Shown here: positions 24,801 through 37,109 of the stretch, piece after piece
Layout: every line of letters begins with the position of its first letter
Numbering within the stretch: the stretch's first letter is position 1
NCBI GenBank assembly: GCA_964016885.1
Contig: OZ024740.1
Coordinates: 322,586,001-322,650,000, forward strand
DNA: 64,000 nt
Direction: 5' to 3'
Source: Eledone cirrhosa
Lineage: Eukaryota
The notes under the pieces: model-generated
Databases searched by the model: none
What the model saw: the letters and a program-made list of their open reading frames with translations, nothing else
What the model was told of the DNA's origin: nothing
Made by a program: the position numbers and the translations under genes

Positions 24801-25203
24801 AGCGACACGATAAAAAATAAACAATGTTTCGATTATATCTTAAATAATGTAAAATTGAGATTCAACATAACATTTAATATTTGAATAACAAATAAATATA
24901 ACTCATCTTCGAAAAGACAACATGAAAATAAAATTATAACTTATTTTATACATATATAAGCAGTTGAATTAATGAAATTGAACAAGAACTAGCCAGTTGG
25001 TCATAATAACACGTGGCTTAGAAATAAATGTAACAACTCTTACCTTTTTAATGATTTTGTAGCGAAGTTTCGCTTTCATACGCTTGCTTTGTTTTTCTGA
25101 AACACAAAATATTTATGATTACTATCTATCACCAAGTATTTTGTAATTAAAATAGAGAAAAATGATAAAATCTTAAATACTGACTTCCAAAATTGCTCGG
25201 CAT
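4206..25203 (-). CDS. GNL3L: Nucleostemin / guanine nucleotide-binding protein-like 3 family circularly permuted GTPase, complete gene (17 coding exons, 1905 nt, 634 aa)
   Basis: Exons (minus): 25185-25203, 25044-25096, 22783-22843, 20731-20813, 19958-20083, 19523-19630, 18626-18761, 16497-16600, 15922-16063, 15132-15219, 14527-14638, 13074-13139, 11201-11343, 10379-10509, 9263-9462, 8246-8423, 4206-4360. All introns are GT-AG and the phases join into one open frame. It contains the GN3L/Grn1 N-terminus ([21 protein letters not shown]...[12 protein letters not shown]), G5 DARDP, G4 NKID, G1 GLPNTGKS, G2 PGVT, G3 DSPG and an acidic tail ending DYEFDKHF*. Kozak context ccaccATG. Confidence 0.93.
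4424..4551 (+). mobile_element. 5'-truncated family A SINE with 19-bp TSD
   Basis: TTAACTTTGCCTTTCATCCTTACAGGGTCGATAAAATAAAG...GGCCTTGTGCCAAAAGTAGAAACA, flanked by ATTATATTATCAGTGAATT at 4424-4442 and 4533-4551. Confidence 0.85.
4917..6560 (-). mobile_element. 5'-truncated RTE-clade LINE (RT domain, PHD-like Cys cluster, 3' tail) in GNL3L intron 16
   Basis: ORF 5035-6093 contains [23 protein letters not shown]...C..C..WVH..C and [13 protein letters not shown]. Upstream frameshifted GKAAGPSG...NYRGIKL. (GAT)n tail at 4917-4935. Confidence 0.92.
8246..8423 (-). CDS. GNL3L: GNL3L exon 16 (...[18 protein letters not shown])
   Basis: Basic C-terminal cluster typical of invertebrate nucleostemin; tttag/gtaagt boundaries. 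Confidence 0.85.
9263..9462 (-). CDS. GNL3L: GNL3L exon 15 (acidic region ...[25 protein letters not shown])
   Basis: tttcag acceptor and gag|gtagtg donor; phases fit the neighbouring exons. Confidence 0.82.
9626..9815. mobile_element. Tc1/mariner-derived MITE
   Basis: Imperfect ~30-bp TIRs: TACGAGAGTGGGCTGAACAGTTCATACGATGAC and GTCAGCCTATGAACTTTTCAGCTGACCCTGTA, with TA at both ends. Confidence 0.75.
10379..10509 (-). CDS. GNL3L: GNL3L exon 14 ([10 protein letters not shown]...[15 protein letters not shown])
   Basis: Conserved G.I.Y.T.PP and A.IV.EM...FD; tttcag/gtaagt boundaries. Confidence 0.92.
11201..11343 (-). CDS. GNL3L: GNL3L exon 13 ([25 protein letters not shown]...[18 protein letters not shown])
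   Basis: Conserved EFL...A...G...KGG.P....A...L..WN; cag/gtaag boundaries. Confidence 0.93.
13074..13139 (-). CDS. GNL3L: GNL3L exon 12 ([22 protein letters not shown])
   Basis: Conserved DP...VE.IL.RC; tag/gtaag boundaries. Confidence 0.92.
13200..13500. repeat. Degenerate tandem duplication (~140-bp unit); related sequence at 56898-56960
   Basis: CTTTAC(T/A)CTAATACTGCAAATTT and TGTCCACTA(G/A)TAAAGATACTATA each occur twice. Confidence 0.6.
14527..14638 (-). CDS. GNL3L: GNL3L exon 11 ([20 protein letters not shown]...LILKNCVK)
   Basis: G3 DSPG; cag/gtttgt boundaries. Confidence 0.93.
15132..15219 (-). CDS. GNL3L: GNL3L exon 10 ([29 protein letters not shown])
   Basis: P-loop G1 and G2; cag/gtaagg boundaries. 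Confidence 0.95.
15922..16063 (-). CDS. GNL3L: GNL3L exon 9 (...[29 protein letters not shown])
   Basis: Conserved G...LMKLL.NYCR...I.VGVVG; tag/gtaagt boundaries. Confidence 0.95.
16497..16600 (-). CDS. GNL3L: GNL3L exon 8 ([27 protein letters not shown]...)
   Basis: Highly conserved WLKYL..EFPTV.FK motif; tag/gtaagt boundaries. Confidence 0.95.
16751..18185 (-). mobile_element. Degenerate piggyBac transposon (PGBD-like transposase remnant) interrupted by a SINE, in GNL3L intron 7
   Basis: Ends TTAACCCTT... and ...AAGGGTTAA (TTAA sites at 16751 and 18182). Subterminal GGCCGGTTTGAACA occurs twice. Fragments [13 protein letters not shown] (acidic N-terminus) and [24 protein letters not shown]...[21 protein letters not shown] are typical of piggyBac DDD transposases. 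Confidence 0.8.
17451..17800 (-). mobile_element. Young composite SINE (tRNA head + CORE-like domain + RTE-type tail), copy 1
   Basis: Minus strand: TGGCTTAGTGG (A box), GAGTTCAATTC (B box), TTGAGCAAGACACTTTATTTCACATTGCTCCAG core, tail CTTGCAAGCAGGGAAAAGTGGACGTAAAATGAAA(TGA)n. Nearly identical to 20175-20512. Confidence 0.88.
18626..18761 (-). CDS. GNL3L: GNL3L exon 7 ([19 protein letters not shown]...LVLNKI)
   Basis: G5 DARDP and start of G4 NKID; gtaagt donor. Confidence 0.95.
19523..19630 (-). CDS. GNL3L: GNL3L exon 6 (PSGL...[13 protein letters not shown])
   Basis: Conserved S-x-K-x-YYKEFKK motif preceding the GTPase domain; tag/gtaagt boundaries. Confidence 0.9.
19728..19935. repeat. 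Minisatellite, ~31-35-bp unit (ATAATACAAAGACAGAGGTCTAAGACTAGAC)
   Basis: About 5-6 visible tandem copies. Confidence 0.8.
19958..20083 (-). CDS. GNL3L: GNL3L exon 5 ([23 protein letters not shown]...VYR)
   Basis: Open 42-codon phase 0/0 exon with cag/gtaagt; coiled-coil-like composition. Confidence 0.85.
20175..20512 (-). mobile_element. Young composite SINE, copy 2, inserted in a ~50-bp minisatellite (20120-20670)
   Basis: Near-identical to 17451-17800. Apparent TSD TGTATCA on both sides. Flanking unit CAATAATTATGTTCTCCCCTCAAACCACTAG. Confidence 0.88.
20731..20813 (-). CDS. GNL3L: GNL3L exon 4 ([27 protein letters not shown])
   Basis: Conserved KD-x-GIPN-x-x-PFKE motif; cag/gtatgt boundaries. 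Confidence 0.92.
20855..21600 (+). mobile_element. Old RTE LINE 3'-end fragments, partly triplicated
   Basis: CATGAATGATGAAGCAGAGATAAGTTGAGAGAGAAAA recurs near 20855, 21143 and 21276. The last copy continues into degenerate RLRWYGHV-like coding and a GAT tail. Confidence 0.6.
22783..22843 (-). CDS. GNL3L: GNL3L exon 3 ([20 protein letters not shown])
   Basis: ag/gtaagt boundaries; phases 0 and 1 consistent. Confidence 0.9.
24020..24203 (+). mobile_element. Family A tRNA-derived SINE (representative full-length copy)
   Basis: TTGGCAGTATCGGTAGAGTGTCGGAC...GAGTTCAAATCCCGC (B box)...GCTTTTCATCCTTATGGGGTCGATAAAA...GGCCTTGTGCCAAAAGTAGAAACAATTAT. Other copies (approximate): 16330-16480(-), 19270-19470(-), 26112-26300(-), 26915-27128(+), 28898-29097(+), 30156-30650(+, tandem), 30866-31055(+), 34915-35715(-, cluster), 52105-52260(+), 56770-56890(+), 62205-62395(+), 62550-62740(-), 62770-62970(-). 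Confidence 0.88.
25044..25096 (-). CDS. GNL3L: GNL3L exon 2 ([17 protein letters not shown])
   Basis: tttcag acceptor, gtaag donor; conserved nucleostemin basic N-terminus. Confidence 0.9.
25185..25203 (-). CDS. GNL3L: GNL3L coding exon 1 (MPSNFG+K)
   Basis: ccaccATG CCG AGC AAT TTT GGA A|gtcagt. Phase 1 matches exon 2; 88-bp intron. Confidence 0.72.
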
Positions 25204-27699
25204 GGTGGATAAGTTTAAGTTGTAAAGATGGAAAACGGTGGCAACTGAAATTAATATGATGAATAAATTCAGGTTTGTGTAACAAGAGTTATCTTACTTG
25301 TTTCCTAATTTTAGAGTTTTCTCACGTAATACAACATACTTGAAATATAAATAAACGAATAAACTAAATGATTGAATGACTAAATGGTTTCTTTAAGAGT
25401 TTTGAAGTATTTGTTCTGAAACATATGTATGTCTATTTGTATATTTATATATTATACTATTTGTTGGACCTCCGTCGGTTTCAATGACGAGTGTTCCAGT
25501 TGTTTGATCAACGGAACAGCATGCTCGTGAGATTGACATACAAGTGGTTGAACATTCCACAAACACATGTACCCTTAACGTAGTTCTCAGGGAGATCCAG
25601 CATCACACAGTGTGTGACAAGGGTGGCCCTTTCAATTACAGGTACAGCTAATTTTTTTACAACTCACTGAGCTGGAATAACGTGAAATAAAGTGCCAAAG
25701 GCGCGACGCGACGCAGGGAATCAAACTGACGGCCGTGAGTCGAACCCTATAATCACTGAAAATCGCGAACCCTTGATGTATCGGTTTCTTTCCGATAGGT
25801 TTGTCTTTGAACCAAAACATTTCTGGCGTTCTGGGTCCCCGAACCACCTCTCTACTCTATACTATTGGAACAAAGTTGGTCAACCGCATGAGTGAGCAAC
25901 GCTAGTTGCAATCTTTCTTTCAGCGCGCTTCCCTCGCTATTATACGGCGCTGTAGCGTTTTTTCTAAACTGTTTGGGCAATGAGGCCGCATACACCCGAA
26001 GTTCTGCACGTCGGAGACGCAAATCGGATGAACAGAAGGTATTTGAGAACTCTGGCCCCACGACTCTCTCAGGAATAAGTGGGAGAGGAAGAAGAAGAAG
26101 AAGAAGAAGAATGTTTCTACTTTTGGTTCAAGGCCAGCAATTATCCCAGTTCATTACTGGTGCTTTATTTTATCGACTCTATAAGGATAAAAGGCAAAGT
26201 TAATCTTGGCGGGATTTGAACTTAGACTGTAAAGGGCCGTAACTCTATGATGCAAAGCATGGCGTCCGACCCTCTACCGATACTGCTAATCCACCACAAT
26301 AATAAGAAGAAAAGAAAAAGATGATGAGAAGAAGAATTCTTTCTATATTGTTAGATTACATGTTTTATTGCTCACACGCACACACAAATACACACAACAC
26401 GCAAATATACACACATTCGCAAGTGAAAGAGAGAGAGAGAGAGGGGGGGGGGGGCAATAAAAAAGTTTCATTTTTCTACATGCCTCCATAGAAATATAAC
26501 ATTGATACCAGTTATGTATTGTCATTATTCAACGGATTTTTTACAAAAACAAAAAAATAAAATAGATGAATTTCGAATCTCGATACTTATGAATATTTTT
26601 GTGTTAAAAAAAAAAAAAAAATTTTATTCTGGTTACCAGAGTAAATAACGAGTTAAATTTCATTTTATTTGACTGTTATGACACAGGACTTACACAATAA
26701 ATACAATTATATTAATCTTACATTCTGAAATTCTTATACGAATGTATTAAATCACCTTTTGAAAACAATATTACAAAAAATTTCAACATCATGTATTTTC
26801 AAGGGAAATAACTTTTGAAAAAGATTCCCAGTTATGTTTCTTGATTTTTATTTATATCGAGTTGATCTCAAACTGAATACCAATTAGAAATTTCCATTGC
26901 TAGTTTAAGTCATTGTGGAGTGGCAGTATCGGTAGAGCGTCGGACACTATGCTTGGCAGAAGAGAGTTACGACCCTTTACGTTCTGAGTTGAAATCCCGC
27001 CGAGGTTAGTTTTGCTTTTCATCCTTACGGCGTCGATAAAATAAAGTACCAGTCACGCGCAGGGGACGATTTAATAGGCTACCCCTCTCCCAACATTGGT
27101 GGCTTTGTGCCTAAAGTAGAAACAATTATTTTTATCGAGTTTATCTCAAACTGAATACCAATCAAAAGTTTCCATTGGTTTTTTTTTCTCATATTACTTT
27201 TGTTAGTTTCAGTCATTAGACTGCGGCGATGTTCAAAGTCTACCTTGAAGGGAAAAAGTCAAATATATCGACTAGAGTACTTATTTTTACGACATCATTA
27301 CTTATATAGCGTCACTTGTACGCAGCACATTTTCACGTTTGGATTTTTCTTTTACTGTATTGCTTGTTCCAGACATTATATTACGGTCAAGCTTGGGCAT
27401 TGCTTTGAGGTAGTTAACTATATCGACCTTAGTACTTATTTCTGTCAAGACTGATACTATTTTATCGATCTCTATACCACTCCTTCCACACACACACAGA
27501 CACACACGCACACATACACCCCCACACACACGCACACACACACATATACATATGTAGGATCCTGATGTAAGGCAGGAGTGACCACTGCCAAAAAAGGTAC
27601 TCAATATATTAGTAAAGTATAGATATAGTCATTTTATTATAGAAATATATAAAATGAGATATATACAGGAGATATATTACTTACAGCATTGCATTGCCA

Positions 27700-27800
<101 letters not shown>

Positions 27801-28330
27801 AATGTCGCTGCTGATCCACCGTGGGCTCTTTCGGCCTCCACCCGTTTTCCTGTCGCTTCAGTGCCGACTGCCTTCCACGCCATGCAGCTCTCGTAAAGCA
27901 TGGCTTGGATGCTGCAAGTTTCCCCTCCCAGCTCGAGCCGGTGGGGCCTGACCGAGGGAACGACAAAAGGCGAGACGGCATGACCATCTTCCCGTTCCGC
28001 GGTGGTAAGCCCCTCGTCTGAGATGCCACTCGCTGCGACACATACTCCAGCGGCAACCTGGTGCAATCAGCGACTAACCCAGGTTCTTCTGCACTTCGGG
28101 CTGAGGAAGGTAAACACTCCAAATATCCCCGCCCTTCAACAGGATTGCAGTCAAGCTCCTAGCAGTGGAGACTTCTGGTGTCCTTGGCCCTAGGGCTACC
28201 TCACTACTTACCACCATTGGCGCTGAGCTGGCTAGCTGCAGGTGTGAGCCTCGCGTTATGGAATGGCTTTTCCAACGCATCTCCCTTAAGATTCTTCGGG
28301 AAAACGCCTTCCTCATTCTGTCAGCCAGGG
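27801..28330 (+). mobile_element. CRE-clade non-LTR retrotransposon 3' fragment (CCHC knuckle + restriction-like endonuclease)
   Basis: Frames read CRC*STVGSFGLHPFSCRFSADCLPRHAAL, LEPVGPDRGNDKRRDGMTIFPFRGGKPLV*DAT and AVETSGVLGPRA...WLFQRISLKILRENA. These match the CRE C-terminal pattern RPDG..PW..GK.L.WD...VET.G..G...LFQRIS.AI.RGNA. Confidence 0.8.
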
Positions 28331-29299
28331 CCGTGGGGTGGCCAGCACGTGGGACCCCATTTGCTGATAATAGAGAGAGATGGGGAGGGCGAGAGAGATG
28401 TAGGCGATGACAGTGGGAGTGCGGCTCTTCTGTGTTCGGACCTGGTGTGTAGCGTCAGTTGTCCGTAAGGAGGTAGTGATTCATCTACTAATATAGAGTA
28501 TATATCTGCGTTATAAAGAATTATAGAAATAAATATATAGAATAAAGAGTATAAACAGGGAGAGAACACGTAAGACGTTAAAAAGGAAAATAAGTCCCTA
28601 AACAAACTAATATCAAGTAAAGTTTGAGCGAGTGAAAACGGCACGTTAAACCAAATCATTGTTATTTGTTTATTAATTTCTGATAGTTTCCCACGTTTAG
28701 CAGATTACTAACTCTACCATGACCTATTTTTATACATTGATATGGTTCAGGGTTCGATAATCTATTACTAAATAGAAAGCTTGGTATTTCTTTAGCCGAA
28801 TATATGGATTATATAATTCTATACAACTCTACATCAAATATTGTAAAATCCTGGTATAATCTGAAGCTTATATCTGTGTTATTATTTTGAAAATACCAGG
28901 GCGGTGGATTAGTAGCATCGGTAGAGCGTCGGACAACATGTTTCGTGATATAGAGTTCAAATCCCGTCAAGGTTATCTTTGCCTTTCATCCTTATGGGTT
29001 GATAAAATAAAGTACCAGTAATGCACCGGGTTCAATTCAATCGACTGTCCCCTCCTCCAAAATTGCAGGCTTTGTGTCTAAATCAGAAACCATCATTTTG
29101 AAAAGATCAAGAAGCTCTATACCTTACTCCATTGTTTGAACCCATCTTTATAACTGTCTCAGTTGTTAAAACAGTTGGATTGTGTAATATTGTTATGGTG
29201 TTCTTTTGGTAGCCCTTGATTTTTTAAATTGTTATTTTAAAGGATTTTTATAGTTCTATCCATATACTGTTTTCTTTTCTATTTAAACTGAACAGTTTA

Positions 29300-30070
29300 G
29301 TAGCTTACACTTCATAGATTCTTCTACCGACAAGTGAAAAATAGTTATTTTGGGGGCAGAGATTAAACAACACAATATAGTTTTCCCTACTTGAGATTAC
29401 TTGAAGAGAACTAGTGCTTGTTTCTCGCCTACTCAGCTGCCATGCAAACATTGAGCATTGATAACGCCCTCATTATATAACCATACGTGTTTATATGTGA
29501 GGTAGTGGTATTTGTTTTAATAAATAACTTTAATGGTATACTATGTCGAAGTCGTTATTTTCAATGAATACTTGAAATGCCGTGGTTATGGAATGTTGTG
29601 GCGTTAATAGCTGGATCTTGAAAAGTATTTCGTCACATTGATAATTGATAGATTCTGGATTGTGGAAATGAATCACCTGTGTTTAGAGAGATTAAATTGT
29701 TTCCTGTTTAGTTGCAGTCGCTAGGGCTGTGCATAATTTAGTTATATTGTCATTGGTGATACGAGATGAGGTATATAAGTTGATATTATCTGCAAAACCT
29801 GATACTTCCTCAATTTCATTTGGATATGTAAATAAATCTGTTATGCAGGATAGAAGGAAAATGGGTGAGACTGACGAACCCCATGGGCGACCCTTTAAAT
29901 GGTATGCCATTTGGCTTTTGTCATTATCAATGTCTTCTAGGACAATTGGGGAGAAAGCTTTCAACTCAGTTGCAAAGATAGTTGGGAATTTCATAACGAT
30001 ATAATTTTAATATTAGAGTGTCATGAACTCTGTTATTCTAAGCTCCCTTCATATTTACTGAGATCAAGCT
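29300..30070 (-). mobile_element. Highly decayed LINE reverse transcriptase remnant
   Basis: ORF 29692-29994 contains KGRPWGSSVSPIFLL and SGFADNINLY, decayed versions of GxPQGSxxSP and FADD. Boundaries approximate. Confidence 0.55.
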
Positions 30071-31492
30071 GGTCGACTTTTTCATTAGTTTTTAGTTTCT
30101 GATGAATGTAGGTATTTCATGTACACAATTTTCACTGTTATTATTAACTCTAAATTGGCGGTGGATTGGCAGTATCCGTAGAGGGTCGGACGCCATGCTT
30201 TGCAGCAAAGAGTTACAGCCCTTTATGGTCTGAGTTCAAATCCCGCCGGGGTTAACTTTGCCTTTCATCCTTACGGGGTTGATAAAATAAAGTACCAGTA
30301 ATACACTTGGATAATTACTGGCCTTGTGCCAAAAAGTTCAAATCCCGCCGAAGTTAGCTTTGGTTTTCATCTTTACGTCGTCGATAAAACAAAGTACCAG
30401 TAACGCACTTGGGTTGATTTACTCGGCTTTCTCCTTCCTTTCAAATTGCTGGCCTTGTGCTAAATCTAGAAACAATTATTAACTCTAAATCCTGAGTTCA
30501 AATCCCGACGAGCTTAGCTTTGCCTTTCATCTTTACGTGTTCGATAAAATAAAGTACCAGTAACGAACTGGGGTCGATTTAACCGATTTAACCCCCCCCT
30601 CTCCCGCCCCCATTGTTGGATTATGCCTGAATCAGAAACTATTATTAACTCGAAATCCCAACAGAGATGTGAGGAAAATGTTTTATCCCCTCAAAGTAGG
30701 ATAGTCTAATACCTATCATTTTTTTCAAGCCTTCTAGATAGAGTAATTATTGGAGCTATAGGATATGATAGAATGGTAGTTTACCTTATTTGGTTTTGGT
30801 ATAATTAATATATTAATACATTTCTATATATCTGAACGTTTTTGAAGTTTGATTATATTATTAAGAGCGGTGAATTGGCAGTATCGGTAGAGGGTCGGAC
30901 ACCATGCTTTGACGCATAGAGTTACGGCCCTTGCCATTCTGAGTTCAAATCCCGCCGAGGTTAACTTTGCTTTTCATCCTTACGGGGTCGATAAAATAAA
31001 GTACCAGTAATACACTGGTTAATTGCTGGCCTTGTGCCAATAGTAGAAAGAATTATATTATTAAATGAGTTTAACATTAATTCTTGTATTACACGTCATG
31101 CTTCATTGATGATTAAATTAAATATTTTAGCCGGAGCTCAGTGTGTGTGCATGTGTATATATGTGTTTGTGTGTGTGTGTGTAAACAACGTTTTGATTGG
31201 TCCATTCCTTTTCTTTTACGAGCCAGAGAATATGTTTCATAATTGTTTTGCAGCAAAAGCAAAAATTAAAATACAACTGCCGAGTGTGTATTTTATTTAT
31301 TTTGTATTTACTTCTTGGTTACGGAGATTATATAAAATAATAGAAACTCTAATCAAACACACGTATTTAAAGTATGAAAGTATGCATTATCTCCCCCCCC
31401 CCCCCCTCTCTCTCTCTCTCTACACACACACATACACATACACATATACAGACATCTCTGTCTCTATCACTACCTGTCTGTTCACCCTCTCT

Positions 31493-31545
<53 letters not shown>

Positions 31546-31934
31546 CACATACATACAAGAATACATACATATCTAAAACACACCCATATATACATACATT
31601 CATGCACACACACAGATATACGTATGACGCTATAGTCACTTATATATTATGGAATACTGTTGGCTTCTTGCTACAATAATTTCTATACTTTTCATTTATA
31701 CATACACATATATATATATATATAAATATTCATACATACATACACATACATACATACAGATATCTATATACCCACACATGTAATCACACATATCAATAAG
31801 ATTCCGATTTACAATTATAAATGTTGTTCCTTGGGCAAGAAACTCAACTCTACCTACCGAAGGCGCTATGTCTATTTGAAGAATCATTATTGCTTTATAT
31901 GAAAATCTTTGAAATTGATCCCGTGTAGCAGCAG

Positions 31935-32030
<96 letters not shown>

Positions 32031-32538
32031 TATCTCTTTCTCTTAATTTCGAGTATATTTTTTGACCGGCCACCTTCCTGGCGGCAAGGTTGTAAAAGAA
32101 AAGAAATTGTCATCCCTTGAATCGCAAGAATGTTTTGCAAATTTTGAAGGTGCCAGCTATCGCAGGCATTTGTAGACTATGAATTAAGGAGCTGCGCTCT
32201 TTGTCCGCAAATCCAAGTTCAGTCTTTGGTCCAAACGGGTTGGTATGTATGTATGTATGTATGTATGTATGTATGTATGTATGTATGTATGTATGGTATC
32301 CAATGATGTTGACTTGTTCTTCTTTTTGGTAAATATCATCTTGGTTAAGAGAGTGGGACTGGCTTTGTGCAGTGCCTTTGCTCACTATAAAAGCTTCACG
32401 GCACAGGCATTGCTTTATATCTGGAGATCTCTCTGCACTTGTCGTCACATGGTACCATGGGCCCAGCACTATGTGTCAATAATTGTCACAAGTGTAGTGT
32501 TTGTACCAGAATTTTCAAGTCGCTGGCTGGGCTAAAAA

Positions 32539-34179
<1,641 letters not shown>

Positions 34180-34266
34180 ATATATATATATATATGTGCA
34201 TGTATGTATGTATGTATGTATGTATGTATGTATGTATGTATGTATGTATGTATGTATGTATGTATG

Positions 34267-34314
<48 letters not shown>

Positions 34315-34435
34315 TACACCCATTATATATCAAAATACATTAACGGAGTCATAACCTCACCTTTGTCTCCGTAAAATAAGAGCTCCCTGTACATTGATAA
34401 ACACACACACTCTCTCGTGCGTTATCTTTTCTACA

Positions 34436-34480
<45 letters not shown>

Positions 34481-34532
34481 ATGTGTACATGTAATAATGT
34501 ATGTATATATGTATGTATGTATGTATGCATGC

Positions 34533-34572
<40 letters not shown>

Positions 34573-35747
34573 CAAAGGAATTGTGGTAAGGAACCAGAAA
34601 TAGCCGTCGAGCTTGAGCTCTGCCGTCGGCGTCATACTTTTTCCTATATATATATATATCGATTATGATATCTCCAACAGCAACAGAATTTTGATTGAAA
34701 ATGTCTATGTAGCTACCAAACAGTGTAATACGTACATTTCCATTTGAGTGAGTGGGTTTTGCTTGTGTGTATATTTGTGAGATGCGATAGTTGGAGATAT
34801 ATGTACGTATGTATAGCGTACGAAATTGTATTATCTTGGAGATGGCTGACGAAGAAAATAAATGCTTTTGTTCGTTTCTCCTTCGTGTCGATATTTGATA
34901 ATAGTAATAACAATACTTTCTGATTAAGGCACAAGGCCAAAAAGTTTTGGGGAGGGGAAAGTCGATTAAATCGACCCTAAACCGTGACTGGTTTTTTTAT
35001 TTTATCGACCTCGTTTAAATGAAAGTCAAAGCTACCTTGGCGGGATTTGAACTCAGAACGTTAATGATTGCAACTGGATGCAGTAACGACTCTGCCAATT
35101 CAACGCTCTCGTATAGCGGAGGTAAAAATATATAATTGTTTCTACTTTTGCCACAAGGCCAGCAATTACCCAGTGTATTACTGGTACTTTATTTTATCGA
35201 CCCCGTAAGGATGAAAGGCAAAGTTAACCTTGGCGGGATTTGAACTCAGAATGGCAAGGGCCGTAACTCTATGCGTCAAAGCATGGCGTCCGAGCCCCTA
35301 CGTTAAAAATATATAATATATGGTGGAGAAAGGAAATGATTACCTTGATAATAACGTAACTAGCCGCAACTCTATGCCGCAAAGCAGGGTGTCCGACGCT
35401 CTACCGATACTGCCAATAATAATAATAATAATTGTTTCTACTTTTGGCACAAGGCCATCAATTAACCAGTACATTACTGGTACTTTATTTTTTATCGACC
35501 CCGTAATAATAATAATAATAATAATGTTTCTACTTTTCCTTGGCACCATGCCAACAATTACCTAAGTGCATTACTGGTACTTTATTTTATCGACCCCGTA
35601 AGGTTGAAAGGGAAAGTTAACCTCGGCGGGATTTGAACTGAGATCATAAAGGGCCATAACTCTATGCTGCAAAGCATTTTTGTCAGACGCGCTACCGATA
35701 CTCCCAAACCACAATGGTTTCTGATTTAGACACAAGGCCATATACTC

Positions 35748-36125
35748 TTAGTTACACACTGTCCCAGTTAATGACCTATTAGTGTCACATTGTCCCAGTT
35801 AATGAACTGTTAGTATTACACTGTCCTAATTAAGGACCCCTTAGTGTCACACTCTCTCAGTTTGATGACCTTTTAGTATCACACTGTCCCAGTTAATGAA
35901 CTGCTAGTGACACACTATCCCAGTTAATGACTTGTTAGTGTCACACTGTCCCAGTAAATAAACAATTAGTGTTACACTGTCTCAATTAATGACTCCTTAG
36001 TGTCACACTCTCCCAGTTAATGACCCCTTAGTATCATACTCTCCCAGTTAATGACACCTTAGTGTCAGACTCTCCCAGTTAGTGAACTCTTACTATCACA
36101 GTGTCCCAGTTTATGACTAACTAGT
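35748..36125. repeat. Minisatellite, 31-bp unit (TAGTGTCACACTGTCCCAGTTAATGACCCCT), ~12 copies
   Basis: Direct tandem periodicity visible. Confidence 0.9.
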
Positions 36126-36236
36126 GTTTATGGAAAGTTTTCAGTGTATGACTGGTATTAAAGACCATACAAAAATTAATTGGAAAATTGTTATCTTAAC
36201 TCGAAATATAAAGGGATATACTTTAAGCAAATAATT

Positions 36237-36697
36237 GTATTGTTGCTGCTGTTGTTGCTGCTGGTGCAGTCGCAGCTGTTGTTGTTGTTGCTGTTGTTGT
36301 TGTTGCTGTTGTTGTTGCTGTTGTTGTTGTTGCTGTTGTTGTTGTTGGTGTTTTTCATGTTTTTACTGTTTTGCTGATGCTGTTTTGTTGCTGCTGTAGT
36401 AGCAGCTGTTGTTCTTGCTATTGTTGTTTTGGCTGTTGTTGTTGCGGCTGTTGATGCTGTTGTTGCATTAGCAGCTGTTGTTGTTTCTGTTGCTGTTGTT
36501 ATTGTTGTTGTTGTTGTTACTGTTGTTGCTGTTGTTGCTGTTGTTGTTGCTGTTGTTGTTGTTGTTGTTGTTGTTGTTGCTGTTGTTGTTGTTGTTGCTG
36601 TTGTTGTTGTTGTTATTGTTGTTGTTGTTGTTATTGTTGTTGTTGTTGTTGTTGCCGCTGTTGCTGTTGTTGCTGTTGTTGTTGTTGCTATTGTTGC

Positions 36698-36731
<34 letters not shown>

Positions 36732-36865
36732 ATTGCTGTTGTTGTTGTTGATGTTGCTGTTGTTGTTGTTGTTGTTGTTGCCGCTGTTGCTGTTGTTGTT
36801 GTTGCTGTTGTTGCTGTTGTTGCTGCTGTTGTTGTTGTTTTTGTTGTTTTTGTTGTTGTTGCTAC

Positions 36866-36924
<59 letters not shown>

Positions 36925-37043
36925 TTGCCGCTGTTGCTGTTGTTGTTGTTGTTGCTGTTGTTGCTGTTGTTGTTGTTGTTTTTGTTGTTTTTGTCGTTGC
37001 TGTTGTTGTTGCTGCTGCTGCTGTTGTTGTTGTTGTTGTTGCT

Positions 37044-37109
<66 letters not shown>

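Noticed and set aside
4361-25184. Intronic C/D-box snoRNAs (vertebrate GNL3 hosts SNORD19/SNORD69)
   Set aside because: C-box-like GTGATGA (~15896-15902, minus) and ATGATGA (~9545-9551, minus) lack a properly spaced CTGA D box and terminal stem. None is supportable by eye; snoscan or Infernal would be needed.
25245-25340. Possible upstream non-coding GNL3L exon (donor at 25297, acceptor at 25245)
   Set aside because: It would need a 53-bp intron, and its ATG frame hits a stop. Cannot be supported without transcripts.
35748-36125. Regular 31-bp repeats superficially like a CRISPR array
   Set aside because: The units are contiguous with no unique spacers, there are no cas genes, and the context is eukaryotic. 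This is a minisatellite.
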